A stretch of DNA of 64,000 bases from Deltaproteobacteria bacterium (GCA_050258375.1 JBLMYQ010000002.1:29543-93542); one strand, 5' to 3'; positions 46,888 through 57,830 are shown, counted from the stretch's first letter. A program made the numbers and translations. The notes: generated by a model not told the origin, from the letters alone.

Positions 46888-47805
46888 TCAAGAATTCTCC
46901 AACATTCTTTCCAAACACTTCTTCGCCCTTAGCCTTACTTCTTCTTCAACCTCTATCTCATACTTCATATCCTTCAACGCTTCATAGACACTTTTAAGTG
47001 ATGTCTTTTTCATGTTTGGACAAACAAGACCTTGAGACATCAAATAAAAATCCTTATCAGGATTTTGTTTTTTCAAGCTAAAAAGAACTCCCATTTCGGT
47101 TCCTATTATAAATTTTTTAACCCCGCAGCTGTTTGCATAGTCAATAATTTGCTTGGTGCTTCCTACGAAATCAGCCATTTCAACCATCTCTGGTTTACAT
47201 TCAGGATGCACCAGCAAAAATGCATCAGGATGCAGCTGCTTAATCTTTTTTACCTCTTCCGGATTAATTCTATGATGAGTAGTACAGTAGCCATTCCATA
47301 GAATCACTTTTTTTTCAGGAACCATATCTGCAACATACTGACCTAAATTCTGATCAGGAATAAATATAACCCTTCTTTGAGGCATTGATTTTAAGATTTG
47401 TACCGCATTTGAAGATGTGCAGCAAATATCACTTTCTGCTTTTACTACAGCAGATGAGTTTATATAACAAACAACCCCCGCGTCCGGGTATTCCTCTTTC
47501 ATTTTCTTTAAGGCATCCGGCTCAACCATGTCTGCCATCGGACATCCAGCATCCTTCTCCGGTAAAAGCACAATTTTTTGGGGAGAAAGGATTTTAGCAC
47601 TTTCTGCCATAAAATTAACTCCACAGAATACAACAATGCCAGCAGGGCTATTTGCACAATACCTGCTGAGTGCAAATGAATCCCCTACCATATCGGCAAT
47701 TTCCTGCACTTCATCAATCTGGTAATTATGAGCCACAATTACTGCATTTCTTTCTTCTTTTAGCCTTTTTATTTCTTCGATTATTTTTAGTTTCTGGTTA
47801 TCTAT
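46888..47805 (-). CDS. nadA: quinolinate synthase; apparent non-ATG (ATA) initiation
   Basis: NadA motifs (AHNYQ...); in-frame extension [24 protein letters not shown] upstream of the GTG the ORF track used, no ATG/GTG/TTG before in-frame TGA, strong RBS AGGAAGTGAG 7 nt before ATA. Confidence 0.7.
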   Translation of the reverse strand: MDNQKLKIIEEIKRLKEERNAVIVAHNYQIDEVQEIADMVGDSFALSRYCANSPAGIVVFCGVNFMAESAKILSPQKIVLLPEKDAGCPMADMVEPDALKKMKEEYPDAGVVCYINSSAVVKAESDICCTSSNAVQILKSMPQRRVIFIPDQNLGQYVADMVPEKKVILWNGYCTTHHRINPEEVKKIKQLHPDAFLLVHPECKPEMVEMADFVGSTKQIIDYANSCGVKKFIIGTEMGVLFSLKKQNPDKDFYLMSQGLVCPNMKKTSLKSVYEALKDMKYEIEVEEEVRLRAKKCLERMLENS

Positions 47806-47832
47806 TTTAACTCACTTCCTATATAATTTTTT

Positions 47833-48270
47833 CTAATTCTCTTTTTTCTTTTTAACAACCATAGAACCGAACACTATTATTACAACCCCCAATGCAAGGT
47901 ATCCCAGAGTAGCTAAAGAAGGGGATGTATTATCAGAAGCAGTATTTATATTCGGCAACGCTTGAAGGTACCTAATATATATCAATGAATTTTTATTAGG
48001 TAAGGATGCAGCATTGTACACTTCCGTCTTTAAATAGCTTCCGCTATGTGATTTCCCGTCAGGGGTAGAAAAACTATATTTAACATCATAATTTTTGTTT
48101 GTAAGATTATTATTATTTTTCTTTTTACTGCTTTCAACGTGCTTCTTAGTTTCTGTAACCACTCCTGTAGTTGATTTGCCAATTATCCCAAGCAGTGGGT
48201 CTTTTACTCCTGCAAAAATAAATAGTAAACCAATTAATATGATAACTAATTTCGAAAATGCATCCTTCAA
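47833..48270 (-). CDS. small membrane protein (two TM helices flanking a soluble domain; DUF3592-like)
   Basis: hydropathy only. Confidence 0.5.
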   Translation of the reverse strand: MKDAFSKLVIILIGLLFIFAGVKDPLLGIIGKSTTGVVTETKKHVESSKKKNNNNLTNKNYDVKYSFSTPDGKSHSGSYLKTEVYNAASLPNKNSLIYIRYLQALPNINTASDNTSPSLATLGYLALGVVIIVFGSMVVKKKKEN

Positions 48271-48286
48271 TTTTTCTCCCCCTTAA

Positions 48287-48547
48287 TTATTCTTCCCTAA
48301 CAAATTGATCCAGAAAATAAATAGACCCCTTCTCTACCATAAATCCTTTTTTAAATTCACCAATTCTGGAATCAAAATGGTCACTAATATGTGCTTCGTA
48401 AATCTTTTCTTCTTCTCCTGTACCAAAATGCTGATACTTGAGCTTTCCTTCACCAATAAGCTTAATCCTTACTCCGATAGAAGTACCTACAATCTTATAA
48501 ATCAGTGTGTTCCCTTCCAGCAGCATAATAAATCCCTCCAAAGTCAA
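48287..48547 (-). CDS. hypothetical small protein
   Basis: 86-aa ORF co-directional with nad cluster. Confidence 0.35.
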   Translation of the reverse strand: MTLEGFIMLLEGNTLIYKIVGTSIGVRIKLIGEGKLKYQHFGTGEEEKIYEAHISDHFDSRIGEFKKGFMVEKGSIYFLDQFVREE

Positions 48548-48669
48548 AAAAGGTATAAACTCCTTTTCACTATATAGTAATAAGAATGTGATAAATCAGT
48601 TAAATATATTATACATTTTTATATGAAATTTTAAAAGTACAACGAACTAATTCATTTGCTTAAATTGTA

Positions 48670-49422
48670 TTATTTACAGCTGTTTTTTCGGGCAATTAAA
48701 AGAACATCTGTCCCGCTGCTGCCCCTCTTTAGAACATGAAACCTTCTAATCTCAACCAGCTCAAACCCGTTTTCACTAATAAATTTCTCCAAACCGCTTC
48801 TGGAAAAGAAATGAACCGGCAAACCCTCCGAGTAGTTCATTACAAGCTCTTCAAAGCTTTCTTTGCTTATTCTCTCTTCAATGTGCTTTTCATTTAATAT
48901 GTAACTCTTTGCGTATTTGTCTTCTTTACCTTTTGAAAGGCAAGTCATTATAATTAATAATCCATTCAGTTTTAATAATTCGCCGAATCTGTTAAACACT
49001 CTCTCGGTAGAAGATAAGCTTATATGCTGAACAACATGGCTGCAAAGAATTGCATCAAATTGCTTATCAAAATTATATTCTTCAATAAACCCATTTATAA
49101 ACTCAACATTATTCATATTCATCTTTTTTACAAGCGAGCATGCTTCAGAAAGCCTTTTCTTATCAGGTTCAAGAGCAATTACTTTAGAGAAAAAAGGCTG
49201 AAGAATTGGAATCAGCCTACCGAAGCCACAGCCAGCATCCAGCATTTCAGCTCCTTCTTCAGTAAGGTTCTCTTTTATATGTCTTTTAACTTTACCAAGT
49301 ATGTACTTTTCACTTTTTTCCCAATAACCCTCTTTTGTTTCTAAATTATCAATCAGCCTTGTGGTTATTATATCCCGTCCGTCTGGATAACAATATTCTG
49401 GAGTATTTTTCAGAAAAATCAC
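48670..49422 (-). CDS. class I SAM-dependent methyltransferase
   Basis: Motif I LDAGCGFGR, motif II/III spacing. Confidence 0.75.
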   Translation of the reverse strand: MIFLKNTPEYCYPDGRDIITTRLIDNLETKEGYWEKSEKYILGKVKRHIKENLTEEGAEMLDAGCGFGRLIPILQPFFSKVIALEPDKKRLSEACSLVKKMNMNNVEFINGFIEEYNFDKQFDAILCSHVVQHISLSSTERVFNRFGELLKLNGLLIIMTCLSKGKEDKYAKSYILNEKHIEERISKESFEELVMNYSEGLPVHFFSRSGLEKFISENGFELVEIRRFHVLKRGSSGTDVLLIARKNSCK

Positions 49423-49601
49423 TCCTTTAGTTTAATACTTTAAAACAATTATGTAACATCTATTCGATGTATTTGCAGTATATAGTATAATACTGTATAT
49501 AATAAAAAAATAGCGTTAAATAACTTGTAAAAAATAAATAATTTTATCAGCTTTAATTGTACATTGACTATAGTTTTGCATTGATTAAGGGGGCATTTTT
49601 T

Positions 49602-50711
49602 ATGAATATCTTATTTTTATCCGTTTCTGCTGGTGGCGGTCATATGAAAGCCGCCGAAGCATTAAAATCATATGTTGAAGAATCTTATCCAGGGTCAAAA
49701 ACCCTTCTTCTTGATACATTGAAATACATTAATCCCATAATAAACAAGCTTGTAATAGGTGGTTATTTAAGTACTGTGCAAATAACTCCAAAGCTATACG
49801 GCATCCTGTATGATTTGGCAGAAACAGGCGAAAACATTTCAGAAGTCAGCCAGATAATGAATCGCATAATCTCTTATAAGATAAAACGTCTAATCAGGCA
49901 ATTTGTTCCTGACATTATAGTATGCACACATCCTTTTACTTCTCAAATGGTTGCTAAATTAAAAAAGGAAGCAAATATTCACCCGAAAATTGTTACAATT
50001 CTTACTGATTTCATTCCCCATCCCTTCTGGCTTCACGAAGGAGTTGACGCATATATTGTCGCTCATCCTGCAATGAAATATGAAATGATTTCTAAAGGAA
50101 TTAAGGAAGAAACTATTTTCCCTTTTGGAATTCCAATTTCTAAAAAGTTTTTGGAACCGCTGAATAAAACCGAGGTTAGAAACAATTTGGGTCTAGCAAA
50201 CAAACCGACTACCCTTATAATGGGTGGAAGTCTTGGCTTTGGAGACATAAAGGAAGTATTTACAGGTCTTGCCGAAAGCCATCGCGATTTACAGCTGATA
50301 GTAGTTGCAGGTCAAAACAAAGAGCTTTATAAGAAGATACGTAAATACTCAAATCGAGTTGATAAGGTTATAAAAGTGTATGGCTATACTGATAAAATAC
50401 CAGAGCTTATGTCTGCTTCTGATCTTCTTATCTCTAAACCAGGCGGTATGACTGTTAGTGAAGCTCTTGTAAAAAAGCTTCCTATGATATTGATCTCACC
50501 AATCCCTGGTCAGGAAGAAAAAAATGCAAGATACTTGCTAAATGGCGGTGCAGCAGCAAGACTCTATCCCAAACAAAATGTTGAAGAGGTTTTGTATCAG
50601 GTTTTGGATATGCCTGCAAGATACAACCACATGAAGGAAATGTGTGGGTATTTGGCTCACCCAAATTCATGTCAGCATATTGGAGAATTATTTCAAGAAT
50701 TAATAAAATGA
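49602..50711 (+). CDS. MGDG-synthase-family glycosyltransferase (GT28; UgtP-like diacylglycerol glycosyltransferase)
   Basis: MNILFLSVSAGGGHMKAAEAL N-terminus characteristic of MGDG synthase/UgtP; RBS AAGGGGG. Confidence 0.75.
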   Translation: MNILFLSVSAGGGHMKAAEALKSYVEESYPGSKTLLLDTLKYINPIINKLVIGGYLSTVQITPKLYGILYDLAETGENISEVSQIMNRIISYKIKRLIRQFVPDIIVCTHPFTSQMVAKLKKEANIHPKIVTILTDFIPHPFWLHEGVDAYIVAHPAMKYEMISKGIKEETIFPFGIPISKKFLEPLNKTEVRNNLGLANKPTTLIMGGSLGFGDIKEVFTGLAESHRDLQLIVVAGQNKELYKKIRKYSNRVDKVIKVYGYTDKIPELMSASDLLISKPGGMTVSEALVKKLPMILISPIPGQEEKNARYLLNGGAAARLYPKQNVEEVLYQVLDMPARYNHMKEMCGYLAHPNSCQHIGELFQELIK

Positions 50712-50745
50712 CCTTAGCCTGAAATTCGCCAAGGTCATTTTATCT

Positions 50746-51735
50746 TTATTTTTGATTTTCAATTGTTGGCATATTTAACCGTTCATTATTAATTGATACA
50801 ATCAAATTACTTCTTTGTCTTTGGGTTTCCGGAGTCTTATCCGTATACTCCTCCCAGTCTTTCCCTTCTTGGGCAACTAATTCTGCATGTTTCTCATAAT
50901 TTTGTCCTAATCCCTTCCGTGCTTTTAATTCGCAGTAAGTAGAAAACCATAAAGCACCTTTATATCCAGCCTCTTCAAAGAAATCATGTGATTGTGCTGC
51001 ACAATCAGCTGCTTCTTTTAAATCTACATTCCTCTCAACATTTAAATACGCCAATCCCTGCATTGAAGAGTACTTTTCATGAGCCATCCTTTTGTCTTTT
51101 CCTGCATTATCTATCAGTTCTCTATATAAATCTGCTGCTTCATTATCCTTGCCCTGGCTTCTTAAAATGGGTATTCTTTGTTCTTGAATCGTGTGTAAAA
51201 ATCTTCTTGGATATAACGGAGGATTTTGATCTGTACGTAAAAACTCCTTCAAGCTTGTTTCTGCTATATCCAGCATTCCTCTTTTTTCATCTGGATTTTC
51301 TTCCAACTTGGATAATTCAAGATATGCAGAACCGACTGCCAGGTTATCTTTATTCATTTTACCTTGATTTACAAGCTTGTCCTGTTCTTTAATCGCTCTT
51401 TTTAAAAAGGCTTCAGCTCCCTTTGCATCACCAGAACATCTTAAAACATCCCCATAGAAAGGTGCTGTCCTAAAAGTTCTTTCATAATTTCCTTCTTTAT
51501 TAGATTCTTCTATTATATATCCAAACACCTCTTTTGACGTATCAAATTGCGAGATAAATCTGCCCGACCTTGCAAGAAAAAAGCAAAGATCATTTTCCAT
51601 ATTGGTTTCTTTAGTATCAACGAATTCTTTCAATCTTCCATCTTCCCACATTGGCAATAATTTATCATAAACATTCTTGAATTGGGAATTAGAAAATAGT
51701 TCTTGAACTTCTTTCAATAACAATTCTTTATCCAC
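50746..51735 (-). CDS. hypothetical all-alpha (TPR-like) protein, GTG start
   Basis: 329-aa ORF, GGGGG RBS before GTG. Confidence 0.45.
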   Translation of the reverse strand: MDKELLLKEVQELFSNSQFKNVYDKLLPMWEDGRLKEFVDTKETNMENDLCFFLARSGRFISQFDTSKEVFGYIIEESNKEGNYERTFRTAPFYGDVLRCSGDAKGAEAFLKRAIKEQDKLVNQGKMNKDNLAVGSAYLELSKLEENPDEKRGMLDIAETSLKEFLRTDQNPPLYPRRFLHTIQEQRIPILRSQGKDNEAADLYRELIDNAGKDKRMAHEKYSSMQGLAYLNVERNVDLKEAADCAAQSHDFFEEAGYKGALWFSTYCELKARKGLGQNYEKHAELVAQEGKDWEEYTDKTPETQRQRSNLIVSINNERLNMPTIENQK

Positions 51736-51940
51736 TCAAATCGCCCCCTGCAGTAAAATAATTCCAAGATATATCGTTAAAACAATAACCATATATAATT
51801 TATTTTACTACACTTCTATAATTTTTTCAAACCAGATTGCTTGTTTATAATTCGTATTTTATCAAATTTTAAAAGACAGAAATAATGATATAAATTTAAT
51901 ATCACTATTTCTGTCTTTTCATAAAATTAATCTTCAATAT

Positions 51941-52540
51941 CTATATTTCTCTTCTTCCCTCTATAGCCTTCAAAAGAGTAACCTCATCTGTATACTCGAG
52001 ATTGCCGCCAACCGGGATTCCGTGGGCAATACGTGTTGCTTTGATTCCCAAAGGCTTAATAATCTTGGATATATACATTGCTGTTGCTTCTCCTTCAACA
52101 TTCGGATTTGTCGCAAGTATAACCTCTTTTACTTCTTCATCCTTCAATCTCTCAAGAAGCTCTTTTATTTTTATATCGTTTGGCCCAATTCCATCCATTG
52201 GAGATATAACCCCTTGAAGCACATGATATACACCCTTGAATTCACGTGTTCTTTCCATTGCAACAACATCCTTAGGGTCTTCAACCACACATATTATGCT
52301 CCTATCTCTCTTATCACTGCTGCAAACAGGACATAATTCCGAATCGCTGATATTACTGCAAACAGAACAATATTTAACCTTTGATCTGGCATCAATTATG
52401 GAATTGGCAAGTCCCTCAGCTTCGGAACTCGGCGAATTCAGCACATAGAATGCAAGTCTTTGTGCTGTTTTATGACCTATACCAGGTAACTTTTCAAATT
52501 CTTCTATAAGCCTTGCAATAGGTGCTGAATATAATTCCAT
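51941..52540 (-). CDS. recR: recombination protein RecR
   Basis: C4 zinc finger [16 protein letters not shown], Toprim domain, 199 aa. Confidence 0.9.
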   Translation of the reverse strand: MELYSAPIARLIEEFEKLPGIGHKTAQRLAFYVLNSPSSEAEGLANSIIDARSKVKYCSVCSNISDSELCPVCSSDKRDRSIICVVEDPKDVVAMERTREFKGVYHVLQGVISPMDGIGPNDIKIKELLERLKDEEVKEVILATNPNVEGEATAMYISKIIKPLGIKATRIAHGIPVGGNLEYTDEVTLLKAIEGRREI

Positions 52541-52596
52541 AAAGTCCTCCGAAAAGATTTAGTTCAATGTGCTGCTAAGTAAAATCTTGATAACCC

Positions 52597-52660
52597 CTCT
52601 CTTGATAACCCCTCTTTTGAAAAGAGAGGGGCAGGGGTGAGTTACACTTTACACTAAAAC
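52597..52660. repeat. composite: CCCCTCTTTTGAAAAGAGAGGGG hairpin + GGGGCAGGGGTGAGTTA repeat + TTACACTTTACAC heptamers (recR-ybaB intergenic)
   Basis: same units as at 21501..21545 and 29027..29045 (rc) and as the heptamer arrays. Confidence 0.55.
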
Positions 52661-52995
52661 AGCCCCGGTAGTCCCCCGCCTGTAATTCTCTTCATTTCTG
52701 TAGAAGAAAGCTCATCTGCTTTCCTGATTGCTTCATTTACAGCCGCAAGTACTAAGTCTTGAAGCATTTCCACATCATCAGGGTCAACAACTTCAGGCTT
52801 TATCTTTATTTCTTTTAAATCCTTCTTCCCATTTGCTATAACAGTAACTGCACCGCCGCCTGCACTAGCTTCAACAGTTTTTTCCTCAAGCTCTTCCTGC
52901 ATCTTCTGCATATCTTTTTGCATTTTCTCTGCCTGCTTCATTAAATTTCCCATATTCATGCCCCCAAAGCCTCCTGGGAATCCACCTTTAGCCAT
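52654..52995 (-). CDS. ybaB: YbaB/EbfC nucleoid-associated protein
   Basis: 113 aa, conserved position between dnaX and recR, coiled-coil + GGGLPGLF tail. Confidence 0.85.
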   Translation of the reverse strand: MAKGGFPGGFGGMNMGNLMKQAEKMQKDMQKMQEELEEKTVEASAGGGAVTVIANGKKDLKEIKIKPEVVDPDDVEMLQDLVLAAVNEAIRKADELSSTEMKRITGGGLPGLF

Positions 52996-53101
52996 AAAAA
53001 TCCCTCCATAAAAATTATTACTGCTGTATTATAACATATTCATTTAATATATTTAAACCATCTTTAAATAATAACACTTTATCACTTGTAGATTTTTAAA
53101 A

Positions 53102-54715
53102 TTATTCCTCTATAACATTAATAGGTACATTAAACTTTTTTGCCAGTTCCTCAACCTTGGTATCTTCTTTTACTTTTTGCGCTTGTTTCCGAGCTTTAAT
53201 CTCATCACTTATGCACTTTATGTTATAATCTATACCGGTAACTTTACTTACCACACTTTTTAAAAGCGCAGTGTTTTCACTTTTCATAATAACCGTTTTT
53301 CTAAACTCTGAAGAATCTTTGTCTAATACCACTGCAATTGTTTTTTCATCGATTTTTTTTGCTTTTGTTCCAATTAGATTTGCATATAAAACCATCTTTC
53401 CGCTGCTCTTTAAAGCTGATATTACTTCCTCCCATTTTTCAAGATAATCTTCCGCACTCATATTGTTTTGTACTGATGCTTTATCCTGAACCTTTGGCTG
53501 ATCAATCGGTTTTACTTCCTGAGTACGGATGTGCTTAGATGCTGCTGCCTCCCTTTCCGGCTGCAGCTTGGTTTTTGATAAGGCCTCTTCCAATCTTAGC
53601 AATCTATCCTCAAAAGCATTATCAGCTCCGGTTGTAATATCCTTGCATAACTTTAACATACCAACCTCTATAACAACCCGCGGCATAGCAGCCCATTTCA
53701 GCGAAGCCTCCATCTCTGAAAGATATTCAACAACCTCTACCAATCTTTGATATTCCATTTTTGAAGATAACTCTTTAAGCTTTAAAATATTCTTTGTTGC
53801 CAAATAAGTATCTATACCTTCTCCTGCCGTTTTGTATATCATTATATCTCTAAAAACTCTAACCAAAACCGATATAAACTGTGTCAAATCCTTACCACTC
53901 TTTGCAAGCTGGTCGATAATCTGAATACACAGCGAAAAATCTTTTTCAGCAATCGCCTCTGCTATATCAAAAAGAAGCTGCTCTCTTGGAAGTCCTATTA
54001 CATCAGAAACTAATTCTCTTGTTATTTTACTGTTTCCATCCATACACTGATCAAGTATGCTTATTGCATCTCTTAAAGCTCCATCTGCAGACCTTGCAAT
54101 AAGCTCCAATGCGTCTTCATCTGCCGCTGCTTTATTCTCTTTAACAATTTGATTAAGCCTTCCTTCCATATCGCCAGTATTTATTTGCTTAAACTCAAAT
54201 CTCTGGCAGCGGGATAGGATGGTTGCAGGAAGCTTATGCGATTCGGTGGTCGCCAATATGAAAACAACATGTTTGGGCGGTTCTTCAAGAATCTTAAGCA
54301 AAGCATTGAAAGCTCCTATAGAAAGCATATGCACTTCATCTATAATATAAACCCTGAATTTAGCAACAGATGGCATATAAAAAACTTCGTCCCTTATAAG
54401 CCTTATATCTTCAACACTATTATTTGAAGCTGCATCAATTTCAACGACATCCATTATGTTTCCAGATATAATTCCACTGCAAATCTCACACGCATTGCAT
54501 GGATTACCATCAACAGAATTAAGACAATTTACAGCCCTCGAAAGAATCTTGGCTGTACTTGTCTTTCCAGTTCCCCTGCCTCCGGAAAAAAGATAAGCAT
54601 GTGCAATTCTGTTATTTAAAATTTGATTTTTTAATACTTTTACTATATTGGGCTGACCAACAATCTCATCAAACATCATCGGTCGCCATTTCCTGTATAA
54701 AGCAACGTACGACAT
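53102..54715 (-). CDS. dnaX: DNA polymerase III subunits gamma/tau
   Basis: AAA+ Walker A GGRGTGKTS, zinc module CxxCxxC, DEVHM; ATG 54715 after GAGGGTGA. Confidence 0.9.
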   Translation of the reverse strand: MSYVALYRKWRPMMFDEIVGQPNIVKVLKNQILNNRIAHAYLFSGGRGTGKTSTAKILSRAVNCLNSVDGNPCNACEICSGIISGNIMDVVEIDAASNNSVEDIRLIRDEVFYMPSVAKFRVYIIDEVHMLSIGAFNALLKILEEPPKHVVFILATTESHKLPATILSRCQRFEFKQINTGDMEGRLNQIVKENKAAADEDALELIARSADGALRDAISILDQCMDGNSKITRELVSDVIGLPREQLLFDIAEAIAEKDFSLCIQIIDQLAKSGKDLTQFISVLVRVFRDIMIYKTAGEGIDTYLATKNILKLKELSSKMEYQRLVEVVEYLSEMEASLKWAAMPRVVIEVGMLKLCKDITTGADNAFEDRLLRLEEALSKTKLQPEREAAASKHIRTQEVKPIDQPKVQDKASVQNNMSAEDYLEKWEEVISALKSSGKMVLYANLIGTKAKKIDEKTIAVVLDKDSSEFRKTVIMKSENTALLKSVVSKVTGIDYNIKCISDEIKARKQAQKVKEDTKVEELAKKFNVPINVIEE

Positions 54716-54796
54716 AAAAATCACCCTCGAAGCAAAAAATAATAGGATAGAAAAACATCTACCCTATTATAACACAAGTATTAATTTTTTCTATAA

Positions 54797-56761
54797 TTAC
54801 TGTTCTAATAAATCTTCAAAAATATTTACATTTCCACTTTTGAACAGCTCGGATAACGCTTCGACAACTTCCGGACTAAATTGAGAATCTTTGCAGCGGA
54901 GTATTTCATTAATAGCATCTTCTTCCGACATGGCACTTCTGTAAGCTCTGTTAGATGTCATTGCATCAAGTGCGTCTGCAACAGAAATAATTTGAGCTTC
55001 AATCGATAATCCTTCTTTGCTGATTCCAAACGGATATCCTTTGCCATCCCATCTTTCATGGTGACAAGCAATCGCCTTAATTGTTGCCTCTGATAAACCA
55101 ACAGGTTCAAGAATTTTTCTGCTTATAGTCGGATGCTTTTTAATCTGTTCAAATTCATCATCAGTTAATCTGCTTGGTTTTCTAAGTATGGCATCAGGAA
55201 TTCCTATTTTTCCAACATCGTGGAGTATACCTGCTATCCTGATTTCATCTATCTGCTCTTTTGGGAGTCCCATCTTTTCTGCAATAACAACAGCAAATTT
55301 TGACACCCTATATGAATGACCTCTGGTATAATTATCTTTTGCTTCAATTGCTGCAATCAAAGCATTAACTGTTTTAATAAAGTTCTTTCTGGACATATCA
55401 AACAGCTGTGCATTCTCAATAGCAATAGCTGCATTATTGGAAATAGATGAGAGCAAACTCTTTTGTCTGGAATTAAATTTTGTTGTTGTTCCAAGAACTA
55501 AAACACCTATTTTTCTTTCTTTTGTTTTTATTAAGGTTACCAGTAATTCTTTGATTTTTTCATTTGGTTTCTTTGTAGCATTTATTTGGGTTATGGTCTC
55601 TGAAAACGAAAAATCATGTATTAATATTGTATCTGTTTTGTTTAAATTGCTTAAAAGCTGTCCTAAATATGAATTATCAGCATTCATAACAGGTAAATCT
55701 TCAACATTACTTATTACAGCCTCCAGATATTCTCCTGCGTAGGCCTTTGGAATCAGATTCTTTCCTTCTTCATCTATTAACCTGAGTAAGCAGAACGGAT
55801 TCCTTAAAACCCTGCATATCTCGGCAACAATCATATTTATTACATTATCAATTTCAAGTGTTGCATTTAATTTTCTGCTCAAGCTATTTATAGTTGCAGC
55901 TTCCTTATACGAAGCAATTATCTCCTGCTCCATCTTTTTCTTTTGAGTAATATCTCTTATAATCGCCTGAATACCTATAATTTCTCCATCATAAACAAAG
56001 TTTGTCAAGGTTGCTTCTGTTAAAATAAAATTTTTATTTTTATGCATAAACTCCAACTCTATAGTTAATGAATTCTTTGTTTTTAGCTCGTTGCTTACTT
56101 TTTCAATAAATGTTTCGGATATTCCCGGCTTTATAAGCTCTCTTATGTTTCTGCCTTCAATTTCTTGTCTGCTGTAACCAAGTATATCTCTAACAATTTC
56201 ATTAATAAAATAAATATTCCCGTCAAGCCTGATAACGCAGACTATATCTGCTATGCTCTTAACCAGGGAATAATATTTTTGCTCGGAATCATTCAATTGG
56301 TTTATTGTTGCTTGAAGCTGCCCATAAGAAGCCTCAAGCTCCATATTGGTCTGCTGGATTTCTATATTCTTTGCGTATATCTCTAAAGCTTGAAGCTCAA
56401 GTTCCCTTTTTCCCGCTTTCAATTTTTCCTTCATTCTGTTATAAGCATCTGAAATTTCATTGAATTCATCAAGCTCAGGGAATATAACATCTCTTTCAAA
56501 ATCCCCTGCTTCAACTGCAATAAGTCCTTTCTTCAATTGCTGTAGAATTTTCGAAATGGTTTTTTGTACGTAATATAGTGTTGCAAAAAATGAAAGGAAC
56601 CCTAAAATGGCAATCCCGAGAGTAAAAGACTTAAGAAAAAATGCCGTATCACAAGTTAAAAACGCATTAAAATAAATCAAAGCAACAAATGCGCTGATTG
56701 GTAGTACCGATATTAAAAATAATAACAAAAAAATTCTGGTTTTCAAGCTTGATATCTTCAT
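54797..56761 (-). CDS. membrane sensor with HAMP, PAS and GAF domains and C-terminal HD-GYP phosphodiesterase
   Basis: HD...HHERWDGKGYP motif; 2 N-terminal TM helices; ATG 56761 after TAGGAGTG. Confidence 0.8.
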   Translation of the reverse strand: MKISSLKTRIFLLLFLISVLPISAFVALIYFNAFLTCDTAFFLKSFTLGIAILGFLSFFATLYYVQKTISKILQQLKKGLIAVEAGDFERDVIFPELDEFNEISDAYNRMKEKLKAGKRELELQALEIYAKNIEIQQTNMELEASYGQLQATINQLNDSEQKYYSLVKSIADIVCVIRLDGNIYFINEIVRDILGYSRQEIEGRNIRELIKPGISETFIEKVSNELKTKNSLTIELEFMHKNKNFILTEATLTNFVYDGEIIGIQAIIRDITQKKKMEQEIIASYKEAATINSLSRKLNATLEIDNVINMIVAEICRVLRNPFCLLRLIDEEGKNLIPKAYAGEYLEAVISNVEDLPVMNADNSYLGQLLSNLNKTDTILIHDFSFSETITQINATKKPNEKIKELLVTLIKTKERKIGVLVLGTTTKFNSRQKSLLSSISNNAAIAIENAQLFDMSRKNFIKTVNALIAAIEAKDNYTRGHSYRVSKFAVVIAEKMGLPKEQIDEIRIAGILHDVGKIGIPDAILRKPSRLTDDEFEQIKKHPTISRKILEPVGLSEATIKAIACHHERWDGKGYPFGISKEGLSIEAQIISVADALDAMTSNRAYRSAMSEEDAINEILRCKDSQFSPEVVEALSELFKSGNVNIFEDLLEQ

Positions 56762-56940
56762 AAACACACTCCTAATGTCTGTAGCATGATGAAAATGTGA
56801 TATGGAAAGCAAAAAAGAACCGATAAAAAACAGAAAAGCTGAATAAATATTCTATTATAAGAATATTATACCATGTTTCTATCATAATTTGAATCTTTTT
56901 GTTAGCTTTTTGTTATTTTTTTGTTGGATTTTAATTCTTA

Positions 56941-56975
56941 TTTATATACAACAAGGCAGAGCAATCATCCATCGC
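56941..56975 (-). terminator. hairpin after SRP RNA
   Basis: GGCAGAGC-loop-GCTCTGCC; weak T tail. Confidence 0.4.
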
Positions 56976-56981
56976 TCTGCC

Positions 56982-57266
56982 TTATCAAAATAATATGGCT
57001 GTGCACCTTTCTTCGACATGCTTCATACAAGCGGCACTCATACTGTTAGCTCAAATCAAGTACCCTCGCGGCACACAAGAGTGACCACTTACCGCTGCTT
57101 TCTTCCGAATCTGACGGGGTTCATAGTTTCCTGTTGCGCAAGACCTGACTCTCATCACCACTTTTTATGCTCCAAACCCTACACGAAACAGCCTTCAAAA
57201 GGAATTAAGCCCTGCTATAGCGGATTGCAGGTACAAGGCACCGCTACCTCCCCGCCTAGCACAGCC
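56982..57266 (-). ncRNA. ffs: signal recognition particle RNA, long (Bacillus-type, with Alu domain)
   Basis: Minus strand GGCTGTGCTAGGCGGGGAGGTAGCGGTGCCTTGTACCTGCAATCCGC... and domain IV GTCAGATTCGGAAGAAAGCAGCGGTAAG closely match B. subtilis scRNA; 5'/3' ends pair (GGCTGTGC/GCACAGCC); followed by hairpin GGCAGAGCGATGGATGATTGCTCTGCC. Confidence 0.85.
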
Positions 57267-57330
57267 AAAACTAATTTCAGCTTTATAGCTTCTATATTAT
57301 ACGGTAACCTGATTTATTAATCAATAATAA

Positions 57331-57813
57331 TTATTTCCCACACTCCGAATCTATTCTTTTAAATATTCTTTCCAATAATTCCTTTATTTCCTCGATACAT
57401 TTCCTGTAAGTCTCAATCGGCATTCCATAAGGGTCAGACACATCTTTTTCTGCAAGCTGTTCTTGATTTTCTCCCAAGTATGAGTATTCATATATTGAGA
57501 AAACCTTATCGCCAAACTGAGGAAACTGTGCAATTATATTCTTTTTCTGAAGTCTTGTCATGCAAAGCACTATATCTGCTGCATCAAGCATATGCTCAAC
57601 CAATCTCCTGGCGCGGTGGTTTCCCATTTTCATACCACTCTCTTTAAGAACCTCAACTGCACTATAGCTCGGTGGCTCTCCCTCCCAAGCAGCTATACCG
57701 GCTGAAGAAACACCAATATTATTTATATCCTTTGAAGCAAGAATCTTCTTAAATATTGCTTCAGCCATAAAGCTTCTGCATGTATTTCCTGTACAAACAA
57801 AAAGTATATTCAT
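57331..57813 (-). CDS. low-molecular-weight protein tyrosine/arginine phosphatase (YwlE-like)
   Basis: P-loop VCTGNTCRS (C-X5-R), 160 aa, adjacent to tsaC as in Bacillus ywlC-ywlE. Confidence 0.85.
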   Translation of the reverse strand: MNILFVCTGNTCRSFMAEAIFKKILASKDINNIGVSSAGIAAWEGEPPSYSAVEVLKESGMKMGNHRARRLVEHMLDAADIVLCMTRLQKKNIIAQFPQFGDKVFSIYEYSYLGENQEQLAEKDVSDPYGMPIETYRKCIEEIKELLERIFKRIDSECGK

Positions 57814-57830
57814 ACGCCACCCCTTTATTA

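Noticed and set aside
54725-54796. Expected SRP RNA directly upstream of dnaX
   Set aside because: The gap is only about 70 nt and has no conserved SRP motifs. The SRP RNA was found at 56982..57266 instead.
57018-57320. 100-aa + strand ORF
   Set aside because: It coincides with the SRP RNA gene on the opposite strand. The GC-rich composition explains the open frame.
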